Assembly: GCA_965198945.1 (NCBI GenBank) | Contig: CBDAQI010000004.1 | Span: 64,001-128,000, forward strand | Direction of reading: 5' to 3' | Origin: Thermodesulfobacteriota bacterium | GTDB taxonomy: Bacteria; Desulfobacterota_D; UBA1144; Nemesobacterales; Mycalebacteriaceae | DNA: 64,000 nt | In this document: in pieces, positions 44,240-54,565 of the stretch | Numbering within the stretch: the first letter of the stretch is position 1 | Layout: each line of letters begins with the position of its first letter | Made by a program: the position numbers and the translations under genes | The notes under the pieces: model-generated | Databases searched by the model: none | What the model saw: only the letters and a program-made list of their open reading frames with translations | Told to the model about the DNA's origin: nothing

Positions 44240-44739
44240 TGACTGCCGGAAAAAATCGTCAGGTTTTTTTTTAACCGTTTTTGCTGTCTTATCCCTTGAC
44301 AGACTTTCAAAAATGTTTGTTGCGGAGCTGACTGTTCCGGGGTCTTCTTACAGCGTTTTGCCTTTCCTTGAAATTGTTCATTACAGAAACACCGGCATTG
44401 CGTTTGGAATGCTTCAGGGGCTGGGCGGCACTGCCCGGTTTGTGCTTTTCGGAGGAGCTCTTGTCGCGGCGCTGTTTTTTTGCCGCAATTTTTTTAAGAA
44501 GGAACACGGAAGGGAGGTTTTTTCTGGCTTTGATTATCGGCGGCGCGGTCGGAAACTCAATTGACAGGTTTTCGTCCGGGTATGTTACTGATTTTATTGA
44601 GATTCACTGGTTCGGAAGTGAAATATTGCGATGGCCCGCCTTTAATGTTGCAGATTTTTTTATCACGGTCGGTACGGCGGCGCTTGTGATAACATTACTG
44701 AGACAGGGACGGCGGAAAAATGTTTACGGGAATAGTTGA
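44239..44739 (+). CDS. lspA: Lipoprotein signal peptidase II (indels at T9 44264-72 and ~44480)
   Basis: LDRLSK, RNTGIAFG, GGAVGNSIDR, WPAFNVAD; RBS GGAGGA and TAATG coupling to msrB. Confidence 0.9.
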
Positions 44740-45322
44740 AGACACGGGTGTGGTTAGTATGGTGCAACCGGGCGCTGACACTTTTGTCGGAATAAAGCCC
44801 TCGGCAATTAAGCCTGAGTCTTTAGCCATTGGTGAGAGTATATCTGTGAGCGGAGTCTGTCTCACTGCTGTGTCTTTTGAGTCCGGGGCTTTTTTTATTC
44901 AGGCGTCACGGGAAACTTTTTCAAAAACAACAATGTCATCAATATCCGAGGGGTCTTTCGTGAACATTGAAAGATCTGTCGCCGCTGACGGACTCATGGG
45001 CGGGCACATAGTAACGGGCCATATAGACGGGGTCGGAACCGTTGAATCAACCCGTCCCCGCGGTGATTCGGTTGAATTTAGTTTTTCACTGCCGGGCGGT
45101 TTTATGAAGTATGTGACATCCAAGGGGTGCATTGCTATAAACGGCGTGAGCCTGACCGTAAATGATGTTAAGGGCGAACTGTTTTCCGTTAATGTAATAC
45201 CGCACACCCTTTCCCACACGACCTTTGGAAGCCTGTCCGCCGGAGACAAAGTAAACTTTGAGTGTGATATTGTTGCAAAGTATGTTGAGAGGCTGATGAC
45301 TTTTGAAAAAAAGCCGTCTTGA
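44720..45322 (+). CDS. ribE: Riboflavin synthase alpha chain
   Basis: MFTGIVE, GVCLT, GGHIVTGHIDG, NGVSLTV. Confidence 0.96.
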   Translation: MFTGIVEDTGVVSMVQPGADTFVGIKPSAIKPESLAIGESISVSGVCLTAVSFESGAFFIQASRETFSKTTMSSISEGSFVNIERSVAADGLMGGHIVTGHIDGVGTVESTRPRGDSVEFSFSLPGGFMKYVTSKGCIAINGVSLTVNDVKGELFSVNVIPHTLSHTTFGSLSAGDKVNFECDIVAKYVERLMTFEKKPS

Positions 45323-45869
45323 TGAAAAAGTTTTTCTGACCGGATTTATGGGCGCGGGCAAAACCACAGTGGGTCCGGTTCTTGCGAGGCTTCTCGGTGT
45401 GCCTTTTGTTGATATGGATTCAATGATCCGTGAGCGTCAGTCGTGTGAAATTGAAGATATAATGTCTTTGCTCGGCGAGTCGGGGTTCAGGAATCTTGAA
45501 TCCGAAATGCTGGCCGAGATTTGCTCCTCTCCCGGCGCCATGGTCATTTCCACCGGCGGAGGTGTCGTGATTGCGGAAAAAAATCGCCGGGCAATGAAAG
45601 AGTCGGGAATTACCGTATACTTGAAGGCAAAACTTGAAACCATTATGATGAGAATTTCAAAAGAAAACGAGAGGGGCATATCCGTCCGTCCGCTTCTGAA
45701 ATCGGACAATCCTTTTGAAAGAGCGGCCGAGCTTTTTGCGGACAGGATGGAATTTTACGAAAAAGCTGATTTGACAGTGGAAACTGACGGGCGCCGCCCC
45801 GAAGATGTCGCGGAAAAAATCTTGTTCCTTCTGGAGCCCCGACTTGGCAAAACGGAGAAAAAACAGTGA
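45303..45869 (+). CDS. aroK: Shikimate kinase
   Basis: GFMGAGKTT, STGGG, RPLL. Confidence 0.95.
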   Translation: MKKSRLDEKVFLTGFMGAGKTTVGPVLARLLGVPFVDMDSMIRERQSCEIEDIMSLLGESGFRNLESEMLAEICSSPGAMVISTGGGVVIAEKNRRAMKESGITVYLKAKLETIMMRISKENERGISVRPLLKSDNPFERAAELFADRMEFYEKADLTVETDGRRPEDVAEKILFLLEPRLGKTEKKQ

Positions 45870-45879
45870 GGTTTGAAAA

Positions 45880-47484
45880 GTGAAAAAATCAAGTTTTATT
45901 CTGCTTGCGGTTGCGGGGCTTGTCCTTGCCCTGTTAATTTTGCGCGGTTTTTCCACGGAGCGGCCGGGGGGTTCCTCTGCGCCGCCACCCGTTTCCGCGG
46001 AAGAAAAAATTTATGCCGTCCATTCGGGCAAGTCTGAGCAATCTGAAAAAGAAAATGAAGAACCTGAAAAACCTTCAGCAAACCCGGATGTTAGCCGGAG
46101 CGCCAAAGAAGATAAAAGCGAAGATTTTGAAAAAAACAGTTTTCCGTCTTTTGCGGAACTTGTTGAGAAACACAAACCCTCGGTTGTCAACATAAGCACA
46201 ACAACCGTTTCAAAGTCCGGGCCTTTTCCGCAATTTCCGTTTGGCGGAAACAGGGATCTTTTTGAGGAGTTTTTTGAAAACTTTTTCGGTCGCATGCCCG
46301 AACAGGAATTCAGAAACCGCGGCCTCGGCTCGGGATTCATTATTGACGATGAAGGGCACATCGTAACCAACAACCATGTTGTGGCCAATGCCGAAGAGAT
46401 AGAGGTAACGCTTGAAAACGGTTCACGATACAAGGCGAGTGTGGTTGGCACCGACCCCAAAACAGACATTGCGCTCATAAAGATAGAGCCTCGTGAAAAA
46501 CTCATTCCCGTTCAGTTGGGAAGCTCTGAAGAATTAAAAATAGGAGAATGGGTTTTTGCGATAGGAAACCCCCTCGGTCTCGGCTATACGGTCACCGCGG
46601 GAATAGTCAGCGCAAAAGGAAGGTCTCTTGGCATGGGAGCATATGACAATTTCATACAGACCGACGCTCCTCTAAATCCCGGCAACAGCGGCGGCCCTCT
46701 TTTTAATTTGCGGGGTCTTGTGATTGCTGTTAACACCGCCGTTGCTTCGCGCGGACAGGGAATAGGGTTTTCCATTCCGATTGATATGGTGTCGGGAATC
46801 GTCACTCAGCTGAAGAAAAGCGGAAAAGTTATCAGAGGCTGGATAGGGGTTTCAATACAGGAAGTTACCGAAGACCTTGCAAGCAACCTCGGGCTTGACA
46901 CTGCCGCGGGGGCGCTCGTCAGTGAGGTTTTCAAAAGCTCCCCCGCTTCCAATGCCGGAGTGAAGCCCGGTGATGTGATAGTAAAGTTTGACGGAAAAGA
47001 TGTGAAACAGTCTTCGGACCTTCGGATAATTGTCGCCAATTTGAAACCCGGAACAAAAGTAAAAGCGGTTGTTATAAGAGAGGGAAAAGAGAAAACACTG
47101 GATATCAAAATAACCAAAATGGAGGCCGATATTCCGGGATCCAAACAGACTGAAAAGCGGTCCGGAGAAGAAAAAAATAAAGCCTCCTCTCTGGGAATCG
47201 TTGTGTCGGAGGTTACACCCGCTCTTGCGAAGCGTTACCGTCTGGATTTGACGAGCGGAGTTATGGTTTTTCAAGTGCGGAGAAACAGTCCCGCCTTGGA
47301 TTCAGGCATAAGAGCGGGAGATCTCATAATTGAGATTGACGGCGCGACGATAGAGTCTGTTGCGGATTATGAAAAAGCGACTGAAAAAGTTGAGAAAAAG
47401 AAGCGCTCCCTGTTTCTTATACGCAGAAGCGGGGGGAATATTTTTATGACTCTGAGAATTCCGGACGGCAAAGAGAAAAAATAG
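45880..47484 (+). CDS. degP: DegP/DegQ (HtrA) serine protease with two PDZ domains
   Basis: GSGFII, TNNHV, DIALIK, QTDAPLNPGNSGGPL. Confidence 0.93.
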   Translation: MKKSSFILLAVAGLVLALLILRGFSTERPGGSSAPPPVSAEEKIYAVHSGKSEQSEKENEEPEKPSANPDVSRSAKEDKSEDFEKNSFPSFAELVEKHKPSVVNISTTTVSKSGPFPQFPFGGNRDLFEEFFENFFGRMPEQEFRNRGLGSGFIIDDEGHIVTNNHVVANAEEIEVTLENGSRYKASVVGTDPKTDIALIKIEPREKLIPVQLGSSEELKIGEWVFAIGNPLGLGYTVTAGIVSAKGRSLGMGAYDNFIQTDAPLNPGNSGGPLFNLRGLVIAVNTAVASRGQGIGFSIPIDMVSGIVTQLKKSGKVIRGWIGVSIQEVTEDLASNLGLDTAAGALVSEVFKSSPASNAGVKPGDVIVKFDGKDVKQSSDLRIIVANLKPGTKVKAVVIREGKEKTLDIKITKMEADIPGSKQTEKRSGEEKNKASSLGIVVSEVTPALAKRYRLDLTSGVMVFQVRRNSPALDSGIRAGDLIIEIDGATIESVADYEKATEKVEKKKRSLFLIRRSGGNIFMTLRIPDGKEKK

Positions 47485-47498
47485 AAGGGCGGCCGTTC

Positions 47499-47936
47499 TT
47501 ACGCGTTTGGTTGCGCAATGGCCTGTGCAAATTTTTTCGGCACACGCGCCACTTTTTTCTTCTTAAAGTCAAAAAACACAATCCCGGTTCTCACCCTTGC
47601 TATCTCCGTTTTTTGTTTTTTCTCTGAAAGCAGATAGAAGAGGTCCAGCCCGTATTTCAAGGGCTCTCCGCATCCTATTCTGATATTCAGCACATCTCCG
47701 TAGAAAGACTCATTTGAATAGGAAAGAGCGGCTTCTGAAAGAATTATTCCTTTGCCGAACACATCTCCTTCGCCACTCGCTCCGAGGCTTATGAAAAACC
47801 TTACCCGCGCTTCGTGGACTATCGTCAGAAACGAATCGTGCCCGACATGCATTCCATAGTTTATGTCGCTGATCCTGACGGCAATATCGGTGGAGAAGAT
47901 GAATCTCTCAGGCATTTCTATTTTATGTCTGGCCAT
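47499..47936 (-). CDS. Acyl-CoA thioesterase (4HBT/YbgC-like)
   Basis: VRISDINYGMHVG, HEARVRF hot-dog motif. Confidence 0.85.
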   Translation of the reverse strand: MARHKIEMPERFIFSTDIAVRISDINYGMHVGHDSFLTIVHEARVRFFISLGASGEGDVFGKGIILSEAALSYSNESFYGDVLNIRIGCGEPLKYGLDLFYLLSEKKQKTEIARVRTGIVFFDFKKKKVARVPKKFAQAIAQPNA

Positions 47937-48042
47937 TGTAACAAATATAAATCCGTCTCCCGTTCATGCCAAACCGGTTTGATTTTTTCTTTGCCACTGG
48001 TATTGTAAGCCCGTCTTCAGACTTCTGTGGGGGTGATTTGAG

Positions 48043-48261
48043 ATGAACAGAGATGATTTTGAGAAATACTATATTTCCAAGCAAGTAAACATAGAACAGA
48101 AAAAGTTCTTTTTTGACCTGAAAGAAAACCACAAAGGCAAATATGTCCGCATAACCGAAATCAGCGGGGGGCGCTCCTGCATAGTAATTCCGCTCAGCGG
48201 AGCACAATCTTTCAGTGAAGGGCTTGCGGATATTATGAAAGAAGCCCTGGTTCTGGACTGA
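48043..48261 (+). CDS. Single-repeat PUR-family ssDNA/RNA-binding protein
   Basis: SKQVNIEQKKFFFDLKENHKGKYVRITE...RSCIVIP matches Pur-alpha repeat pattern. Confidence 0.8.
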   Translation: MNRDDFEKYYISKQVNIEQKKFFFDLKENHKGKYVRITEISGGRSCIVIPLSGAQSFSEGLADIMKEALVLD

Positions 48262-48262
48262 T

Positions 48263-49351
48263 TTATTTTTCATGCGGGGCGGGGCTGCCGCCTTTTACAC
48301 GGATTTTTACCGATTTTTTGTCTGGGGAAACGCTCATAAGTCCCACTGACAGATTTCTGTAGTCCCTGGTTTCACCGGGCGGCGGCGGATTCTTTATTCT
48401 GAAGTCATTTGATATTCTTGCGCCGCCTTTTCCGGAGAGAAATTCCACGGTCATGGTTACTTCCCGGTAGCTGAGTAAACTTCTGTTTTTCAACCTTAGA
48501 AACTTTATGGTGCCGTCAGAACCCGCCATACCGCTTCCCCACTCAAATTTTTCTATTTCAATGTCGTAACCCGGAACGGCCGATTCCCGGTCGGCTGCGT
48601 AGTTTTCCTCCGGGGTGTTTTTTTCCACTTTCATCAGAGCGGCTCTTTTCCGTGAGACCGGTTCCGCGGAGATTATCTTAACTTCAATCTCTTTTGCAGA
48701 AGGATGTAAAAACCCCGGATTTATATTCTCATAAACGGTTTCCGTTCCCGCCTCAGCTATTTTGTTCATTCTTGCCGAACTTGAACCGACTCTGTCTCCG
48801 CCCGTTTCTCTCTGTATTATTAGAAACTTCACTCTCCCATATGGTGTGGATGAGGGGTTTTCAACGGTTATTTTTTCAATTATTCCCGCTCCGACTCCCT
48901 GGGTTCCGGCCTCCCAGTTCCAACTCTTGACCAAAAGCGGATGACCGGGTTTTGAACCCTCCGCCTCAACCGCTCCCGCAACTTCAAGCTCAACCCTGTC
49001 CATATTAAAATTCATAATTCCGAGACGCACATTGCTGAAAGTTTTTACTTCTCCGGCTTTCAGCCCCTTCTTTATTCTGCCGCGCGCGCTGCCCGCCGGT
49101 TTCCCGTTGAACAGATAAAAACGCGCCTTCAGGGTTACGGAGGAAAAGTCTTTATCATCATTGTTTTTAAGGGTTACCTCGGAAAAAACCGCTTTTCTCA
49201 CGGCTCCGCCGGATTTCCATTTGAAACTCTCAACGCTTATGTCGGGCTTTTTATCTCCGCTAAAAATGCCAATGCGCGGCAGGGCCGCCACTTCATTGTG
49301 GAAAAATGCAAAAAAAATCAATGAAAGGGTTATCAGAAAGAGATTTTTCAT
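48263..49351 (-). CDS. Secreted protein with three tandem ~115-aa beta-rich (FxLYD-like) repeats
   Basis: Signal peptide; repeats (I/V)E.F.W..G...(L/V).N......V. Confidence 0.7.
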   Translation of the reverse strand: MKNLFLITLSLIFFAFFHNEVAALPRIGIFSGDKKPDISVESFKWKSGGAVRKAVFSEVTLKNNDDKDFSSVTLKARFYLFNGKPAGSARGRIKKGLKAGEVKTFSNVRLGIMNFNMDRVELEVAGAVEAEGSKPGHPLLVKSWNWEAGTQGVGAGIIEKITVENPSSTPYGRVKFLIIQRETGGDRVGSSSARMNKIAEAGTETVYENINPGFLHPSAKEIEVKIISAEPVSRKRAALMKVEKNTPEENYAADRESAVPGYDIEIEKFEWGSGMAGSDGTIKFLRLKNRSLLSYREVTMTVEFLSGKGGARISNDFRIKNPPPPGETRDYRNLSVGLMSVSPDKKSVKIRVKGGSPAPHEK

Positions 49352-49424
49352 TTTAATTCTTTGTCAAGAGGCAAAGACACTATACAATTAAGAGAGAAAA
49401 GCCACACCACCGGGAAAACCTGAA

Positions 49425-49742
49425 TTGAACACTTACATCCTGCTCAGCAAATTAACTCCGGAAGGGAGAAAGACCGTCAGAGAGAGGCCCGGCAGAATCA
49501 AGGAAGTTGACAGAGAGCTTGAGAAGTTCGGGGTCAAGGTTCTTGAGCAGTATGCCACTCTCGGTCATTACGACTTTGTCAACATAGTTGAGGCCCCTGA
49601 CAATGAGACCGTTGGTCAGGTGTCGGTTGAGCTTTGCTCAAGAGGTACGATTGAGATTGTAACACTTGTAGCAGTTTCAATTGATTCAATCGTGGACACC
49701 TTTGCGGCGGCCAGAGCCGAAAGAGGACAGTCCAGGCAATGA
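49425..49742 (+). CDS. GYD-domain protein
   Basis: YILLSKLTPEG, TLGHYDFVNIVEAPD. Confidence 0.88.
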   Translation: MNTYILLSKLTPEGRKTVRERPGRIKEVDRELEKFGVKVLEQYATLGHYDFVNIVEAPDNETVGQVSVELCSRGTIEIVTLVAVSIDSIVDTFAAARAERGQSRQ

Positions 49743-49922
49743 ACGGCGGCGGGTTTTTTTCATCTCTTTTTGGTTCAATCAAAGAACAGTCGTCCGATGT
49801 ATACGGTAAGAACGCCGCATCCACACTGTTTTTTTATGTTGTTTTTGCCATTGCGGCGGTTGTTGTTCCGGTTGCCGCGCTTATAGGTATTACTGTTTTC
49901 AACTGGCTCGCATATTAATTTG

Positions 49923-51719
49923 ATGGCACCCGTACGTTTACTTGACGATATATTAATTTCCAAAATCTCCGCCGGTGAAGTCGTTGAGAGACCGGCTTCG
50001 GTTCTCAAAGAGTTTCTTGAAAACTCACTTGACGCCGGAGCGGACAAAATTTCCATCACGCTTGATTCGGGCGGCAAACGTCTTGTGAAGGTTGCCGACA
50101 ACGGTTGCGGCATGTCGCGCGACGATGCTCTTCTCTGTATTGAGCGGCATGCCACGAGCAAGATAAGCGATGAGAAAGATCTCGCCCGTGTAAAGACTTT
50201 CGGGTTCAGGGGCGAGGCGCTTCCGTCCATTGCGGCGGTGTCAAGATTTTCTCTCACAACCCGCCCGGCGGATAAAGAGGTCGGAACTGCAATAGCGGTT
50301 GAGGGCGGAAAAATTAAAGGTGTTAAAGAAACCGGCTGCCCGGTTGGGACAACCGTTGAAGCGCGTTCCATTTTTTACAACACTCGTCCGCGTCTTAGTT
50401 TCCTTAAAACAAACCAGACCGAACTTTCACGATGCGCCGCGGTAATAAGGTCTTTCGCCGCGGCAAATCATCAAGTTGATTTTGAGGTTCTTCACAACGG
50501 CAGAAATTTGTTCCGTTTCACTCCGGCCGATTTTGAAGACAGGGTCAGAGAGGTTCTCGGAGGAACCAGTTTGTATCCCATTGAAGCGTCGGGCCGAGAA
50601 GGCGGGGCCCGAGTGGTCGGATTTCTTTGTTCTCCTTCGGACGGGTTTTCTTCAATGATGCGGCTCTACTGTTATGTAAACGGCAGGTATCTGCGTGACA
50701 GGTTTTTGAACAAAGTTGTGATGGAGTCTCTGGGGCGCACATTTGATGCAAAACGCTATCCCCAGGGAGTCATTTTTATCAGCGTTCCCTCTGAGAATAT
50801 TGATGTCAATGTTCATCCCACAAAGCACGAGGTTCGTTTCAAATCTCCGCGCGAAGTTGCCGGAGTCCTGATGGACGCCATAAAATCTTTTCTGTCCACG
50901 GCTCCCTGGATGACCGGCCGCGAGAAGAATGTGCGGCAATCGGTGGAAACTTTTCTGCGCGAAAAAACTGACGGTGCGGGCGGATTTGAAAAACGGTTTG
51001 ATTTTTCCGGCTCCGCGCGCCCTTCTTCCGGAGGAAATTTCAAGGAGAGTTCCGGTTCGTCCTACTCCGCGGACTCTCCGGAAACCATAAACCGGCTTCC
51101 AATGGGCGATATTAGCGGAGAGGGTTTTTTCTCACAGCTCAAGGTTCTGGGTCAGGCGGGAGATCTTTACATAATATGTGAGGGGAGGGAGGGTCTTGTT
51201 GTTATTGACCAGCATGCGGCGCATGAAAGGGTCAACTTTGAAAGATTCAGAAACAGTTACCGAAATGACGGCGGTTTGACTGCGCAGAAGCTTCTGATTC
51301 CGGAGATTATAGAAATGCGCCCCGAAGACGCGGCTTTATTCACCAGGTTTGAGAACAAGATGAAAAATCTGGGCCTTAAGGCGGAGATGTTCGGAGAAAA
51401 TGCGGTCAGGCTTGAGTCCGTTCCCTCGCTTGTGTCTTGCATGAGTGCAAAAGACCTTTTTATTGACACTCTCGCCCGGTTGGATGAGTCCGGTTGTCCG
51501 GAAATTCCGGGAGAGCTTGACAAAAAAACTGAAGATGTTCTTGCCACAATGGCGTGTCACAAGTCAATAAGAGCCGGATACACAATGGCCGAGACCGAGA
51601 CGAAATCCCTTCTGTCCGATATGGACAAATGCGAGTCTCCGCATTTTTGTCCGCACGGCCGTCCCGTTGCGGTCAATATAACCTACGGCGGTCTTGAGAA
51701 GATGTTCAACAGGAAGTAG
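49923..51719 (+). CDS. mutL: DNA mismatch repair protein MutL with endonuclease motif
   Basis: AGEVVERPASV, GFRGEALPSI, DVNVHPTK, DQHAAHER, ACH, CPHGRP. Confidence 0.98.
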   Translation: MAPVRLLDDILISKISAGEVVERPASVLKEFLENSLDAGADKISITLDSGGKRLVKVADNGCGMSRDDALLCIERHATSKISDEKDLARVKTFGFRGEALPSIAAVSRFSLTTRPADKEVGTAIAVEGGKIKGVKETGCPVGTTVEARSIFYNTRPRLSFLKTNQTELSRCAAVIRSFAAANHQVDFEVLHNGRNLFRFTPADFEDRVREVLGGTSLYPIEASGREGGARVVGFLCSPSDGFSSMMRLYCYVNGRYLRDRFLNKVVMESLGRTFDAKRYPQGVIFISVPSENIDVNVHPTKHEVRFKSPREVAGVLMDAIKSFLSTAPWMTGREKNVRQSVETFLREKTDGAGGFEKRFDFSGSARPSSGGNFKESSGSSYSADSPETINRLPMGDISGEGFFSQLKVLGQAGDLYIICEGREGLVVIDQHAAHERVNFERFRNSYRNDGGLTAQKLLIPEIIEMRPEDAALFTRFENKMKNLGLKAEMFGENAVRLESVPSLVSCMSAKDLFIDTLARLDESGCPEIPGELDKKTEDVLATMACHKSIRAGYTMAETETKSLLSDMDKCESPHFCPHGRPVAVNITYGGLEKMFNRK

Positions 51720-51746
51720 TCTCACCTTTTACGGAGAATAAAATAA

Positions 51747-52313
51747 ATGGTTGTTGAAACAAGTGATTTCCACAGAGGAATGAAGATAGAAATGGATGGC
51801 GGAGTATGGGAGATAATTGAGTATCAGCACTCAAAAATGGCTCAGCGCAGCCCCATAGTAACGGTCAAAGTGCGCAACATCGTCACGGGCGCCGTGCAGG
51901 AGAAAAAGTTTCGTTCGGGCGACAAATTTGATACTCCCGACATCAGAAAAAGAATCATGCAATTTCTTTATTCAGACGGTGATTTCTATCATTTTATGGA
52001 CGCCGAGACTTACGACCAACGTGAGCTTTCAGCGGATCAGGTCGGCAAAGCGGCGGGTTACTTGAGTGAGAATCAGGAAATTCAGGTCAATTTCATCAAC
52101 GGAGAAGCATATGGAATTGAGTTTCCCAAAGTGGTTGTTGAATTGAAAGTTGCCGATGCCGAGCCCGGTGTAAAGGGTGACACCGCCGCAAGCGCGACAA
52201 AACCGGCGACCTTGGAAACCGGGGCGAAGGTGAACGTTCCCCTCTTTGTCAATCCGGGTGATATGATAAAAGTTGACACACGAGACGGAAGTTATGTTGA
52301 AAGGGTGAAATAG
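51747..52313 (+). CDS. efp: Elongation factor P
   Basis: FLYSDG, PGVKGDTA, KPATLETG, VPLFV, DTRDGSY. Confidence 0.95.
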   Translation: MVVETSDFHRGMKIEMDGGVWEIIEYQHSKMAQRSPIVTVKVRNIVTGAVQEKKFRSGDKFDTPDIRKRIMQFLYSDGDFYHFMDAETYDQRELSADQVGKAAGYLSENQEIQVNFINGEAYGIEFPKVVVELKVADAEPGVKGDTAASATKPATLETGAKVNVPLFVNPGDMIKVDTRDGSYVERVK

Positions 52314-53083
52314 GGTTTTTCAAGGGCGGGTTGCGGCTTCTCCGTGAGGGATTCGGCCGCTTTATAAAGTTGTTTTTTCTGTTTTCCGCTTAAAAACAGA
52401 CACTGTCCGGCATACAGTTTTTTCGGAAGTCTGACGGTTCCGAAACGCACTCTCATCAAACGGCTTACCGAACACCCGCATGATTCCCACATGCGCCTTA
52501 CAAACCTGTTTCTTCCCTCTTTTAGCACCACCCTGAACCATTTGTTGCTTTTGTCTTTTGAATTAAGCGCCGTAACTCTTTCAAAACATCCGGTTTTGCC
52601 GTCAAGCGGCAATCCGTGAAGGAGTTTTTCAACGGTCTCTTTCCCGGTATTTCCCCTTACGCGCACAATGTATTCACGTTCAATTCCGTTTGAAGGATGC
52701 GCAAGTTTATGCGCGAGAGAGCCGTCCGAACAAAAAAGCATCAGTCCCGAGGTGTTAATATCCAGCCGGCCGACGGAAACCCATCTGGAATTTTTCAAGG
52801 GAGGCAGGTCGTCAAAAACGACCGGGCGTTTTAACGGGTCGCTCCGGCTTACGATTTTGCCGACCGCTTTGTTGTAGATAATTACCCGGTCATTTTCCTC
52901 AAGCGCCCCGGCGCAGTTTACTTTCACGCCGTCCACCGTTATTGCGTCTTCAGGCTCGGCCTTATCCCCGAGTTTGCAGACTTTGCCGTTGAGCTCCACC
53001 GCGCCCGATTTTATCAACTCCTCAACGCTCCTCCGCGAACCGATTCCCGCGGCGGCGAGCAGTTTCTGTATTCTTTCCGCCAT
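52292..53083 (-). CDS. rluB: 23S rRNA pseudouridine synthase (RluB/RsuA family)
   Basis: ERIQKLLAAAGIGSRR, VGRLDINTSGL, EGRNRFVRR. Confidence 0.9.
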   Translation of the reverse strand: MAERIQKLLAAAGIGSRRSVEELIKSGAVELNGKVCKLGDKAEPEDAITVDGVKVNCAGALEENDRVIIYNKAVGKIVSRSDPLKRPVVFDDLPPLKNSRWVSVGRLDINTSGLMLFCSDGSLAHKLAHPSNGIEREYIVRVRGNTGKETVEKLLHGLPLDGKTGCFERVTALNSKDKSNKWFRVVLKEGRNRFVRRMWESCGCSVSRLMRVRFGTVRLPKKLYAGQCLFLSGKQKKQLYKAAESLTEKPQPALEKPYFTLST

Positions 53084-54160
53084 TTAGAATCTGGATATAA
53101 TTTCGTAGAAAGTATTTCTCTGAGCGGGCTCAAAGCCCGCGCTCTTTATCATGTCGGCAATTTGCTCCGCGCTCGCCTTTGTTCTGTTTTCCGCGCATCT
53201 GAGAACGTTTTCCTCATACAGAGTGCCGCCGAGATCGTCCGCCCCGAAATGCATTGATACGGAACCGATTTTGAATCCCTGAGTGAACCATGAACCCTGA
53301 ATAAAGCGGAAGTTGTCAAGAAAGATTCTGCACACCGCAAGCACGCGCAGGTAACGTTCTCCGCCGGCTTCACTTTTGATTTTGCGCTCAAGGAAGGTGT
53401 TTGTGGGTTTGAAAATCCACGGTATGAAAGCCAGAAAACCGCCCGTTTCGTCCTGCAAAGACCTTATTCTTAAAAGATGTTCAACAATGTCTTCATCGCT
53501 TTCCAAATGTCCGAACATCATTGTTGCCGTGGTTTTGAAACCGATTTTGTGAGACTGCCGCGCAATTTCAATCCATCTGTCCGCATCTATTTTCAGCGGA
53601 CTTATCTTTTTTCGCACTCTGTTTGAAAGGATTTCCGCCCCGCCGCCGGGCATTGTTCTGAGACCCGCGTCCCAGAGTTTTTGCAGGACTTCTTCGGAAT
53701 TCATATTTTCATATTTGGCTATTGCCGCCACTTCGGGCGGGGAAAAAGCGTGGAGATGCAGTTGCGGAATTTCCTCACACGCCCGTTTGACTATTTCCGT
53801 ATAATAGCCGAGCCCGATCTCTGGGTTGTGTCCGCCCTGAAGCAGAACGGTGGTCGCCCCGTTATGGCGGGATGTTTTCATCATCTCAATAAGTTTGTCC
53901 ACCGTAAGCGTGTAGGAATCAAATGCGCCCGGCTGTCTCCAAAAAGCGCAGAAAAGACATTCCGTATCACACACATTTGTGTAGTTGGGATTTGTGTCGC
54001 ACACAAAAGTGACAGTTTTCCCGGGGTTGTTTCTCTGTCTGCACAGAGAGGCAAGCGAACCGAGCTGCGGAAGGGACGACTTTTCAAGAAGCGCCGCCGC
54101 TTCCCCGGAGTCAATTCTTTCACCTTTTTTAACTTTGTCGCATATTTCGGCAAATCTCAT
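53084..54160 (-). CDS. mqnC: Cyclic dehypoxanthine futalosine synthase (radical SAM)
   Basis: NYTNVCDTECLFCAF, LLQGGHNP, PGGGAEIL, ATMMFGH, AFIPW. Confidence 0.88.
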   Translation of the reverse strand: MRFAEICDKVKKGERIDSGEAAALLEKSSLPQLGSLASLCRQRNNPGKTVTFVCDTNPNYTNVCDTECLFCAFWRQPGAFDSYTLTVDKLIEMMKTSRHNGATTVLLQGGHNPEIGLGYYTEIVKRACEEIPQLHLHAFSPPEVAAIAKYENMNSEEVLQKLWDAGLRTMPGGGAEILSNRVRKKISPLKIDADRWIEIARQSHKIGFKTTATMMFGHLESDEDIVEHLLRIRSLQDETGGFLAFIPWIFKPTNTFLERKIKSEAGGERYLRVLAVCRIFLDNFRFIQGSWFTQGFKIGSVSMHFGADDLGGTLYEENVLRCAENRTKASAEQIADMIKSAGFEPAQRNTFYEIISRF

Positions 54161-54262
54161 AACGCACAGTCTAACTTGACACGCCGCTCCGTTCCAGACC
54201 CCCGTTTAAAGGTTTCCCCTTATATTGTGTATGATTTATTTTAATATTCGCGGGTTATCCAA

Positions 54263-54550
54263 GTGAATTCTGTTAGAAAAACTTTCAAAATAGTCAACAC
54301 TCTCGGTCTTCATGCCAGAGCCGCCGCCGGTTTTGTAAAACTGTCAAACCGGTTTTCATCAAGTGTAAAGATAGTGAAAAACGGTTGCGAGGTGGACGGG
54401 AAAAGCATTCTGGGAATACTTTCCCTGGGCGCCTCCAGAGGCACGGAAATAGATATTGAATTTTCAGGCGATGATGTTCTGGACGCCGTCAGTCAAATAT
54501 CCGAATTTGTTGAAAGCGGATTCGGAGAGGGCGCACACGAAGAGGATTGA
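54263..54550 (+). CDS. ptsH: HPr phosphocarrier protein
   Basis: NTLGLHARAA, VDGKSILGILSLGA. Confidence 0.94.
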   Translation: MNSVRKTFKIVNTLGLHARAAAGFVKLSNRFSSSVKIVKNGCEVDGKSILGILSLGASRGTEIDIEFSGDDVLDAVSQISEFVESGFGEGAHEED

Positions 54551-54565
54551 AGCGCCGGAAGCGAT

